Shown: positions 56,598 to 64,000 of the stretch, piece after piece
Numbering within the stretch: the first letter of the stretch is position 1
Layout of the letters: each line of letters opens with the position of its first letter
Notes under the pieces: generated by a model
The model's database searches: none
What the model saw: only the letters and a program-made list of their open reading frames with translations
What the model was told of the DNA's origin: nothing
Made by a program: the position numbers and the translations under genes
Virus record (IMG/VR): IMGVR_UViG_3300023119_000004
Length of the DNA: 64,000 nt
DNA from: a virus
Taxonomy: Duplodnaviria > Caudoviricetes
Direction: 5' to 3' (one strand)

Positions 56598-56668
56598 TTT
56601 TTTCTCCTTATTAAGCAAGTTTTAATTACAAAACCTATTCAGCATTTTGTAACATATAAGTATTTATC
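56598..56668 (-). promoter_or_regulatory. dnaK leader: late promoter GATAAATA, covarying hairpin, ROSE-like SD-occluding hairpin
   Basis: UUACAAAA-UGCUGAAUAGG-UUUUGUAA then CUUGCUU-AAU-AAGGAG. Confidence 0.7.
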
Positions 56669-56718
56669 ACTTATATAGTATATATAGTGTTAAATCGACT
56701 ATTTTTCAAGTCTAAATG

Positions 56719-57279
56719 TTACCGATTTATAAAATAAAACTGATTGATACTATATCTACCACTTCCTATACACCTAGATACACTATGTTGTAAAAAACTT
56801 GGAAATAATATAGTTGTATTATTTTTTAATGTAGGCTTATATCCAAAGTCTGTAAACTCTAAATCTCCACCTTCAAATGCTTTTGGTTCTTTCCATAAAA
56901 CTGTCACGGCAGATAATGTGCCATGATCAGCATGATGATCATATACTGCTCCGTTTCCATAATAGTTTACCTGTGTTACATCATGGTTAGTGTAAGGTAA
57001 GTATCCTGCAAACGGATTGTCTTTTAGTTGCTCTTGCAAATAAAATAGTTTCCTATTAAAGTTCAAGACGTAACTTTTTTCTCTGTTATCTTTATAGTGT
57101 GTATCCATGTGAATAGCACACATTTTATCATTTGCTCTAGGGTCGCCAGTTTCTGCTGACGGTCTAAAGTATGCGTCTAGTGAATTAATCTCTACAAGGA
57201 TTTCTTTTAGTTCCCACGGTTCGTAAAAATCGTAGATGATACTATGATGAAAAGGTTCATGTAGATTCTTAACAAGCAC
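56719..57279 (-). CDS. 2OG-Fe(II) oxygenase
   Basis: HHAD, FEGGDL, FPSFLQHSV, RYSI. Confidence 0.85.
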   Translation of the reverse strand: MLVKNLHEPFHHSIIYDFYEPWELKEILVEINSLDAYFRPSAETGDPRANDKMCAIHMDTHYKDNREKSYVLNFNRKLFYLQEQLKDNPFAGYLPYTNHDVTQVNYYGNGAVYDHHADHGTLSAVTVLWKEPKAFEGGDLEFTDFGYKPTLKNNTTILFPSFLQHSVSRCIGSGRYSINQFYFINR

Positions 57280-58430
57280 TAGTTACCTATTGTGTTTTTT
57301 TCGTATACAGTATTGTGTGTTTGTGTACAACGTACAAATGTAGCACATCTACTTAGATGTTTAAGTCTTATTGCGCCAGCATAAGTACAAGCAGAACGCA
57401 ACCCACCCAAGATATCTTGAACAGTAGTAGCCACTGCTCCTCGGTAAGGCACAAGAATTTCTCTTCCTTCACTGCTTCTATACTCCTTAAGGCCTCCAAA
57501 GTGTTTGTCGTTCGCGGCCTTCGAACTCATTCCGTAGAATTGTACAAACTTTTTTTCTTCAATTTTATTTTGTATACCACCTTGATCAAAAGTAACTTCA
57601 TCTGTAGTATACATTTTAGTAATTACTTCTCCACCACCTTCATCGTGCCCGGCGAGCATTCCTCCAAGCATAACAAAATCTGCTCCTGCGGCAAAAGCCT
57701 TTGCAACATCTCCAGGCGATACGCATCCTCCATCGGCAATAATGTGTCCACCGAGACCGTGTGCGGCGTCGGCACATTCAATGACTGCGGAGAGTTGTGG
57801 GAATCCAACCCCAGTTTGAATCCTAGTAGTACACACGCTCCCGGGACCAATACCCACCTTAACAATATCCGCTCCACTTAAAATTAACTCCTCTGTCATT
57901 TCTCCGGTAACTACATTACCTGCAATAATTACAATATGTGGATATAAACGTCTAAACTCTGCAACAAAGTCACGGAAACGATTTGAATATCCGTTAGCAA
58001 CATCGATACAAACATAACGTAACTTATCACCTGTTTGTTCATATACTTGACGAAACTTTTCATGATCGTGATCAGTAATACCAATGCTCATTGCTACATA
58101 CTGGGTACGTTCATCGTATTCACTATCAAAGTAACATACTAGATCATTTACACTATATGTCTTTTTAAGACAGGTAAACATTTTTACTTCAGCAAGTTTG
58201 TCTGCAACTTCAAATGTTCCTACACCATCCATGTTAGCGGCCATAATAGGAATACCCCGCCAGTGTCTATGATCAGGTCGGATTTGCTCCATGCTCATAT
58301 CTTGTGGCTTCCAGTTACGCCAAGTAAATCCTCTTTCAAGATCTACTTCTTTACGACTTCCTAAAGTTGAACGTTTAGGACGTAGTAATACATCTTTGTA
58401 GTCGAGTTTAATGTCTTGGTCGATTCGCAC
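57279..58430 (-). CDS. guaC: GMP reductase
   Basis: KLDYKDVLLRPKRSTL, ANMDGVG, CIDVANGYS, KVGIGPGSVCTTR, EGR; GTG start 58430 after GGAG. Confidence 0.93.
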   Translation of the reverse strand: MRIDQDIKLDYKDVLLRPKRSTLGSRKEVDLERGFTWRNWKPQDMSMEQIRPDHRHWRGIPIMAANMDGVGTFEVADKLAEVKMFTCLKKTYSVNDLVCYFDSEYDERTQYVAMSIGITDHDHEKFRQVYEQTGDKLRYVCIDVANGYSNRFRDFVAEFRRLYPHIVIIAGNVVTGEMTEELILSGADIVKVGIGPGSVCTTRIQTGVGFPQLSAVIECADAAHGLGGHIIADGGCVSPGDVAKAFAAGADFVMLGGMLAGHDEGGGEVITKMYTTDEVTFDQGGIQNKIEEKKFVQFYGMSSKAANDKHFGGLKEYRSSEGREILVPYRGAVATTVQDILGGLRSACTYAGAIRLKHLSRCATFVRCTQTHNTVYEKNTIGN

Positions 58431-59028
58431 TTTTAACTCCGTAGTTAAACGATACTGCAATACGTTCGTTGTTGCTTTTGTTTTGTGTTACTTCATGTTT
58501 TGCCCAGCCAGGAAATATTGCTACCATGCCAGGTTTAGGCGGATATGTTGCCATTGTGCTTGTGATAGTATTATACTGACTTAGATTATCGGGAATATAA
58601 TACTGTGCATCATCAGGACGATAAAATCTTAAATCACCCATATTCTCATCTGGTACATCAATGTAGAATACTCCACTTAGTAATGCATCTTGATGATTGT
58701 GTAAAGTGTGATATGCTCCTGGTCCATTAATGTTAATCCAAAAGTTTTGAAATTCAACTTCTGGCAATCCGCAGACTTTAGATACATACGCCATAGCCTC
58801 ATCTAATTCTGTTACAAATTTTCTAAGTACTGGAACGTACTGTGGATCTACTAGATCAACATTTTCAATACTACGACTGTGCCACCCACCTTGATTGCTG
58901 TTACCATGCAAGTCTGGTTCTTTAGTTCTCCAGTCATGTGCAATATGTTTCATAGCATTTCTGTCTACCTTTTCTAAATAGCCGGCAAACACAAATTGCG
59001 GAAACCATAAGTCTGCTTTAAATTCCAT
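58408..59028 (-). CDS. 2OG-Fe(II) oxygenase (TIGR02466-like)
   Basis: GGWHS, FWININ, HNH, LSGVFY, HEV, RIAVSFN. Confidence 0.85.
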   Translation of the reverse strand: MEFKADLWFPQFVFAGYLEKVDRNAMKHIAHDWRTKEPDLHGNSNQGGWHSRSIENVDLVDPQYVPVLRKFVTELDEAMAYVSKVCGLPEVEFQNFWININGPGAYHTLHNHQDALLSGVFYIDVPDENMGDLRFYRPDDAQYYIPDNLSQYNTITSTMATYPPKPGMVAIFPGWAKHEVTQNKSNNERIAVSFNYGVKSANRPRH

Positions 59029-59273
59029 TAATAACCAAATTCCCTTTCTTTACGGCGAACTTCTTTAAGCCAACGGGCACGACCTGCCGCTTTTGCTTTC
59101 TTACGTCTTTCACTAGGTTTAATATAGTGTTGACGTTCACGTAGTTCTTGGAGTACTCCATCTTGTGAAACTTTTCTTTTGAATGTTCGTAGTGCTTTAT
59201 TAAAGTCGCCATTTTTTACTTCGACGGTTAACCCTTTGAAATGGTTATCGTCTTTCTTCCGTTGTCTTGACAA
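59028..59273 (-). CDS. rpsU: Ribosomal protein bS21 (copy 2, N-terminally extended)
   Basis: VEVKNGDFNKALRTFKRKV...ELRERQHYIKPSERRK. Confidence 0.9.
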   Translation of the reverse strand: MSRQRKKDDNHFKGLTVEVKNGDFNKALRTFKRKVSQDGVLQELRERQHYIKPSERRKKAKAAGRARWLKEVRRKEREFGY

Positions 59274-59649
59274 AATACTGTTCTCCTTCTGCTATCTGTC
59301 GAAGATCGTAGACTCTATTATTACTAATTAAATTATATGGTCTTTCGTTGTTACTTGTCAAGTAAAAAGTTTTAGATAATGGAAGAAGATATCCAATAAG
59401 CCAAACACAACTACTAGGCACATTATCTACATCAATAATAATGTAATCTACGTAATTAGAAACCTCAATAACCCAATCCTGTTCTTCTTTGCTATCAAAA
59501 AGGTACAGATTAATATCCGCTTTAATATTCTTTGCAACTTCATTAAACTGTTCTTTTATATTGTCGCTAGGATTAACCAAAAGAAAACTTAAATTATTAT
59601 TCATAAGTTTATCTGGAGGTGTGATCAGATTAATAATAGGTTCACTCAT
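59245..59649 (-). CDS. Hypothetical protein
   Basis: 134-aa ORF starting ITPPD... Confidence 0.6.
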   Translation of the reverse strand: MSEPIINLITPPDKLMNNNLSFLLVNPSDNIKEQFNEVAKNIKADINLYLFDSKEEQDWVIEVSNYVDYIIIDVDNVPSSCVWLIGYLLPLSKTFYLTSNNERPYNLISNNRVYDLRQIAEGEQYFVKTTEERR

Positions 59650-59739
59650 AACAAAATTACTTATTTAATTATTTGTGGATCTTGTGCCAAACTGAATTAT
59701 CAGTTTGTTCGGAATTTTGAACGTATGTGTCTGGTTCAA

Positions 59740-61440
59740 TTACTGTTGTGAAGTTGGGTCTTGTTCTTCCGGCTGTGTTTTCTTGCGGATTTGTTTGTTT
59801 TCTACTTTGGTTATGTACGAGGTTGCGTTCGCTCTTTTTTTTTGAAACTCTGGTGTTAACTCTTCTGCGTAAAAAATTCTATTCTTAGTATCTGGAATAT
59901 CACTTTCTTCTGTTTCTTTTTCTGCTTCTTTGTTTGCGGCGTCAACCCATTCATTCCATTTGTCTAAGTCTGATGTCATATTAACTTCAGGTTCAAGTTC
60001 TTTTTGTTCTTCTTCAAAGTTAGGTGGTTCGTTAACTGCTATCTTTTCAGCACGAATTTTTTCATACTCGTCAAAGTTTACTTCTTTATTGTCATCATCT
60101 TGTACTTCAACTTGTTCCATTCGCTGATCATGTTCAGTTGTGTTGGAAGTATCATCCTCTGGTACCACAGTTCCGTCATCTGCATCTGCATCATAACTAG
60201 GGTCTTGTAAATCTCTATCATCGTCATTATCCTTGTTTGGACCTTCTGGGTCTGACTTTGGGGGCAAACTACCTCCTTTGTCCTCACGGTACCAATTGAA
60301 TGTGTACTGTGATGCAATTAGAAGCAATACTGCTAATGGGTCAAACACAAAGATAATAATAATGATTACCCAACGTACTGCCGCTTCTAATAATGTTTGA
60401 TCTGCTTGTTCACCGTAGATAAATTCTGCAATATACTTAATAGGTCCTACTTCTGCTTCTAGTTTACGATATTCGCCTTCAATTTTATATTTCTGTTCTA
60501 CTAGTGTATCTATTTCTGTATTAGCATTTTTAATTCTTAATGTTTGTGTATCTATTTCTGCGTCAATGCTATCTGCTTTATCTGTATTACCTAACTGCTT
60601 ACGTAATCTGTCAATAAGAGCATTTGATTGTTTAACTTGATCTTCAGCAGTCTTACGTAGACGTTTAATTTCTTCAGCGGCCGCTTTAGCCTGTGGATTA
60701 TTTGTTGCTTCTTCAATCTTTTTAATTAGTGCTAAACGTTCTTTCTGTTTTTCGTCTTGCCAGTCGCCAATTTTATCTGCTGTCTTTTTACCAAAGATGC
60801 CATCTGCACTAGCACCAATCATTTGTTGTGCTTTTTTAGTTTCGCCGTTGTCAATATAACCTTGTAGTGTTTCAATTTCGGCATCTATTTTAGCAAGTTC
60901 ACTACGCCATAATGATGCTTGGCTATCAATTATAGCCTGTTGTTCATCGATGGCAGGTTGAATTCTTTTATAAGCATTGTCGATACGTTCTTGTTCTTTG
61001 TCAATTTGTGATTGTATGTTAGCGTCAGAACCTGTACCGCTTGATTCTAGTTTTTTAATTTGATTTTCTGCACGAACAATAATATCTTCGTTTCGTTTAA
61101 TTTCGTTCTCAATACGTTCTACTTGTGCAATACTTTCTGTACCTGCACTAGTTTGTTCAATATGTGCTTTAGATAGGAATCCAAAAATACCCATACTTGT
61201 AATAAACATTAATACGAGTACTGCTATAGATAGATACGTCTTAAGCCACCATGCGGCTCTTTCCCAGTTTCGGTGTAACCATACTGCTGTAACTAGTTTA
61301 CCTACTTCTAAAGATACACCCATTACAATAATGGGAATTGCGGCCGCGGCAAATATAGCCACTAAGCCTGCGACACTATAATATATTGCTACTGCTGAAA
61401 TTGTCAGAGCAGAAAAGAATGTTAAAAAACCTAATACCAT
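59740..61440 (-). CDS. Multi-TM, long coiled-coil membrane protein with a PG-binding-like motif
   Basis: Three N-terminal TMs, coiled coil, QQMIGASADGIFGKKT, AEVGPIKY, C-terminal TM, acidic tail; start set at 61440. Confidence 0.65.
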   Translation of the reverse strand: MVLGFLTFFSALTISAVAIYYSVAGLVAIFAAAAIPIIVMGVSLEVGKLVTAVWLHRNWERAAWWLKTYLSIAVLVLMFITSMGIFGFLSKAHIEQTSAGTESIAQVERIENEIKRNEDIIVRAENQIKKLESSGTGSDANIQSQIDKEQERIDNAYKRIQPAIDEQQAIIDSQASLWRSELAKIDAEIETLQGYIDNGETKKAQQMIGASADGIFGKKTADKIGDWQDEKQKERLALIKKIEEATNNPQAKAAAEEIKRLRKTAEDQVKQSNALIDRLRKQLGNTDKADSIDAEIDTQTLRIKNANTEIDTLVEQKYKIEGEYRKLEAEVGPIKYIAEFIYGEQADQTLLEAAVRWVIIIIIFVFDPLAVLLLIASQYTFNWYREDKGGSLPPKSDPEGPNKDNDDDRDLQDPSYDADADDGTVVPEDDTSNTTEHDQRMEQVEVQDDDNKEVNFDEYEKIRAEKIAVNEPPNFEEEQKELEPEVNMTSDLDKWNEWVDAANKEAEKETEESDIPDTKNRIFYAEELTPEFQKKRANATSYITKVENKQIRKKTQPEEQDPTSQQ

Positions 61441-61463
61441 GCTGTTCCTTTTTATATACATTA

Positions 61464-61471
61464 TATTTATC
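61464..61471 (-). promoter_or_regulatory. T4-late-like promoter GATAAATA
   Basis: Upstream of 59740..61440. Confidence 0.65.
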
Positions 61472-61501
61472 GACGCTTTTGATATTAGATAAGTGCTATT
61501 T

Positions 61502-61942
61502 TTATCGAATAAAACGCCAACCCTTATGTCCTGACTCTTTACAAGCCGTTTCTTTAAAGTTTCTAGTTTTGCCTTTATATAACAATGTACTTGCTAGGGT
61601 ACGACAATACCCGCTACCTTGCGGATAAGTGGATAGAACTAACACTTTGCCGTTAGTTCCTGTTTGATTATTGTACCATGATGACTCTTCGCCATTCTCT
61701 AGTGTGTTAAGAGCAAAAAAGATAGATTGTTCTTGTTTTAATCTATCTTCTTGTGGAAGTCTATACCAATGCCACTTACCTAGATTAACTAGGATACCTA
61801 CATACCCGTTGGACGGTTGATATGTTGACTCTACACTAGATAGTGTGCTATCACTTCTATGATATGTATCTTGTGATGTTGTTGAACACGCCCCTAAAAA
61901 ACTAGTAAGGACTATTAACAATATACCATCGCGAAGTTTCAT
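61502..61942 (-). CDS. Lipoprotein of the RT0821/17-kDa surface antigen type
   Basis: Lipobox FLGAC; W.N..TG..G.V...YCR...TAC. Confidence 0.75.
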   Translation of the reverse strand: MKLRDGILLIVLTSFLGACSTTSQDTYHRSDSTLSSVESTYQPSNGYVGILVNLGKWHWYRLPQEDRLKQEQSIFFALNTLENGEESSWYNNQTGTNGKVLVLSTYPQGSGYCRTLASTLLYKGKTRNFKETACKESGHKGWRFIR

Positions 61943-62240
61943 AACTGTTACCCTTTACTAGACAAGCATAGCCTTTACGTTCGACCATTTGTCCATTAAT
62001 GTTAACTTCATACCAATGTTCTCTACAACTTTCTGCTAGACCCATTTTAGGCGGTAGCATCTTTTTAACTACATTGTCACTACATTGGACAATAGTATTA
62101 CTAGATACTGTCTTACCATCCTTTATTTGGATTGTTTCGTCTGTTTGGCAGTATTGTGGTATATGACTTTTTGTTGCCACTTGACCTGTACTGCTACACG
62201 CCGACATCAGAATTACAGATAGTAGAAGAACATACTTCAT
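61902..62240 (-). CDS. Cys-rich lipoprotein
   Basis: Lipobox LMSAC; four further Cys. Confidence 0.7.
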   Translation of the reverse strand: MKYVLLLSVILMSACSSTGQVATKSHIPQYCQTDETIQIKDGKTVSSNTIVQCSDNVVKKMLPPKMGLAESCREHWYEVNINGQMVERKGYACLVKGNSYETSRWYIVNSPY

Positions 62241-62241
62241 A

Positions 62242-62733
62242 TTACTGAGCCTGCTTTGATTCTAGAATCAGTCTATCAAATACCTCTAAAGGCATTTTAA
62301 TACGAACGTATGTATGAACCCTATTAGTACTTGCTAACTGATAAGAGTACTTCTTAACTTCAAGATGTTCTCTAATAGTTGTGTCCTTAACAAGGTGTTC
62401 AACTCTTGTTGAATCGTTTCGTGTGTCGTTTTTAATGTCAACAACTGTAGATGAATTTACAGTTCCGTTGATTCTTTCTGCAAAGCCTTTTACTGCGAAT
62501 GCATAAGCCTGTGATTCACTTGCTTGTTCGTATAGACTTTCGCCCATACCACACGCATAAGCATAATCAGTTTTCCAGAATAAAAATCCTTCTGCACCAA
62601 TTTGCTCACAGTCAGCATACCAATTTGGATTTGCCTTTGTTTCTCTAACTTCGAGTGTCTTCATCGATGTACAAGCACCTAACATAGATGCAACTACACC
62701 AATTAGTAACACATTCTTTAATGTGCCTTTCAT
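62242..62733 (-). CDS. Lipoprotein (LPP20-like, tentative)
   Basis: Lipobox MLGAC; P.WY; own promoter. Confidence 0.65.
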   Translation of the reverse strand: MKGTLKNVLLIGVVASMLGACTSMKTLEVRETKANPNWYADCEQIGAEGFLFWKTDYAYACGMGESLYEQASESQAYAFAVKGFAERINGTVNSSTVVDIKNDTRNDSTRVEHLVKDTTIREHLEVKKYSYQLASTNRVHTYVRIKMPLEVFDRLILESKQAQ

Positions 62734-62775
62734 AAATTTAAGCCTCCTTAGCCTATTCGTTTAATTTACTATTAC

Positions 62776-62804
62776 AGTATATACAAATATAAATCAAAAG
62801 TCAA
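62776..62804 (-). promoter_or_regulatory. Sigma70-type early promoter TTGACT-17-TATACT
   Basis: Hexamers upstream of the lipoprotein cluster. Confidence 0.8.
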
Positions 62805-62820
62805 GTGGAAATTTGCCAAT

Positions 62821-63279
62821 TTAATTTCGACGCATTTGTGCGATTTCTGTGGCTTGTTTCTTACCATTACCGCTATCGTCTTCAAAAATTGGAACCATAT
62901 TACTTTTGTGCATTGTAGCAATGCCCAAAAGTTTTCTTTCACCTGTGTACTGCATTGGTTCCTTTTTAGTACAGGGTGAAAAACTTGCTGACGTTTGTAA
63001 ACTTGGAATGTGTTTTGTTTCACGGGTAACAGTTGGGCCACTATAGTGCCACGGTGTATTGATAACAGTTTCTGTTTTGGTTTTTGGTTTGTATTCTCCG
63101 TGAATGTAATCAATGTACTCGTCCAAAGTCATCATTAGTTTATGAAGTCCTTGTTTCTTGTATTCTTTATTTCGAATACGTAAATCTTCTTTCCAACGAT
63201 CTAACTTTGCCTGTGTAATTTTACGCTTCTTCTTAGTTGTGTTAAGAGTAGTTAAGCCTCGAGCCAAATGCATTGTCAT
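62821..63279 (-). CDS. Conserved basic phage protein
   Basis: MHLARGLTTLNT...YTGERKLLGIATMHKSNMVPIF. Confidence 0.65.
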   Translation of the reverse strand: MTMHLARGLTTLNTTKKKRKITQAKLDRWKEDLRIRNKEYKKQGLHKLMMTLDEYIDYIHGEYKPKTKTETVINTPWHYSGPTVTRETKHIPSLQTSASFSPCTKKEPMQYTGERKLLGIATMHKSNMVPIFEDDSGNGKKQATEIAQMRRN

Positions 63280-63310
63280 ATTGTCACCTTTATGTTACAT
63301 TAACACACTT

Positions 63311-63339
63311 ATTGTAGTATATAGATGACAAAAAGTCAA
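63311..63339 (-). promoter_or_regulatory. Sigma70-type early promoter TTGACT-17-TACAAT
   Basis: Hexamers upstream of 62821..63279. Confidence 0.8.
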
Positions 63340-63353
63340 GTGAAATTTAGCCA

Positions 63354-63376
63354 AAAAAATAGGGCCCGAAGGCCCC
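63354..63376 (-). terminator. Rho-independent terminator with C(UUCG)G tetraloop
   Basis: GGGGCC-TTCG-GGCCCT followed by ATTTTTTT, downstream of the porin gene. Confidence 0.85.
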
Positions 63377-63392
63377 ATCTTTTATTTTAGTA

Positions 63393-64000
63393 TTAGAATT
63401 TGTATTTGACGCTTGCCAATACTTGCTGTGTTTCAGCGTGTTCGGCACCAGTAAATACGGAACGTCCACCTTTATCGTGGTAGTAAAGTCCCATTTCCAA
63501 CCCGTCCTGTTTGTCAGAACGTTTTGAAGGATCGTAGTTTGTTGCTAGGTTATATACTACACCGTAGTAGTTACCATCATATCCTAAGTCATCATTTTCA
63601 GTTCTGTGTGCTGTAACATAAACGTTTTTGTTTACGTTATACATTACACCGTAATCTAAACGATCGTCTTTTGTATATGTGCCTGTATTCTTATCGTCCC
63701 ACAGTTCAACACCCCAAACTAATGGAACGTTCCATCTGTATAAACTACCACCAATTGAATAACCTTCTTGGTCACCTTTGCCTGAATCTTCAGGAGAAGT
63801 AATACGCATATAAGATACATCTGCATAACCCATTAAACTAATTGTACCTGTTGCATAACCTACGTTTCCGTCGTTATCCCAACCAAGTGAAACACCCCAA
63901 GGCTGTTCTTTCTTTAGTCTATATGAATCAAAATCAAATTCGTTGTCATATTCCCAACCACCAAATGTTAACACAGTTTTTTCTCTGTGATCAATTCTGT
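63393..64000 (-). CDS. Outer-membrane porin-like beta-barrel (5' end outside window)
   Basis: Amphipathic beta strands, terminal VKYKF (BAM signal); frame open to the window edge. Confidence 0.7.
   Translation of the reverse strand, partial: RIDHREKTVLTFGGWEYDNEFDFDSYRLKKEQPWGVSLGWDNDGNVGYATGTISLMGYADVSYMRITSPEDSGKGDQEGYSIGGSLYRWNVPLVWGVELWDDKNTGTYTKDDRLDYGVMYNVNKNVYVTAHRTENDDLGYDGNYYGVVYNLATNYDPSKRSDKQDGLEMGLYYHDKGGRSVFTGAEHAETQQVLASVKYKF

Noticed and set aside
54644-56668. CIRCE/HrcA operator upstream of dnaK or hsp20
   Set aside because: No TTAGCACTC-N9-GAGTGCTAA; the inverted repeats differ in sequence between the two leaders, which fits RNA structure rather than a DNA operator.
54705-58430. 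Host chromosomal contamination (dnaK, guaC, rpsU)
   Set aside because: These genes carry the same phage late-promoter motifs, share the base composition and are interleaved with phage-type hypothetical genes.
345-63113. Many short plus-strand ORFs in the track (e.g. 7209, 11954, 16473, 25546, 55525, 57357)
   Set aside because: They lie antisense to well-supported minus-strand genes, lack RBS or promoter and look like shadow frames.
1-64000. CRISPR array, DGR or IS element
   Set aside because: I saw no regularly spaced repeats, reverse transcriptase, transposase or integrase; the repeats in 33101..35221 are in-frame protein repeats.
1-64000. Alternative genetic code (stop-codon reassignment)
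   Set aside because: Long genes translate intact with the standard code, all three stops are used as real ends, and no suppressor tRNA is seen.

Overview
A 64-kb segment of a large, AT-rich, T4-like (jumbo myovirus-type) phage genome, probably marine and infecting an alphaproteobacterium (FdxA-type ferredoxin, alphaproteobacterial-style DnaK, HemO/PcyX, porin and surface-lipoprotein genes). Almost all genes are on the minus strand. Order: nucleotide/replication and accessory genes (phoH, thyX, parvulin, fdxA, clamp loader, MazG-like, GroES, DnaE fragment; 1-6.8 kb); a virion baseplate/tail module with two subtilases, a YHYH protein and a 2290-aa fibre (6.8-26 kb); accessory metabolism (iscA, uvsE, PMM, GH73, queD, many 2OG-Fe(II) oxygenases; 26-33 kb); a plus-strand tail-fibre pair (33.1-36.8 kb); DNA ligase, two tRNAs, bS21, ClpP (38-49 kb); a coupled clpS-hemO-halogenase-pcyX run, hsp20, dnaK, guaC, a second bS21 (51-59 kb); lipoproteins and a partial porin (59.7-64 kb). 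Two promoter classes recur: host sigma70-type TTGAC(T/A)-17-TAnnnT and T4-late-like nATAAATA. Most notable: a flavin-dependent halogenase gene translationally coupled between hemO and pcyX; paired covarying ROSE-like RNA leaders on dnaK and hsp20; a pseudoknot-like leader before queD; tRNA-Arg(GCG); two bS21 paralogs; and several enzyme domains with altered catalytic residues in the virion module. All family calls come from motif recognition by eye; no database search was run.
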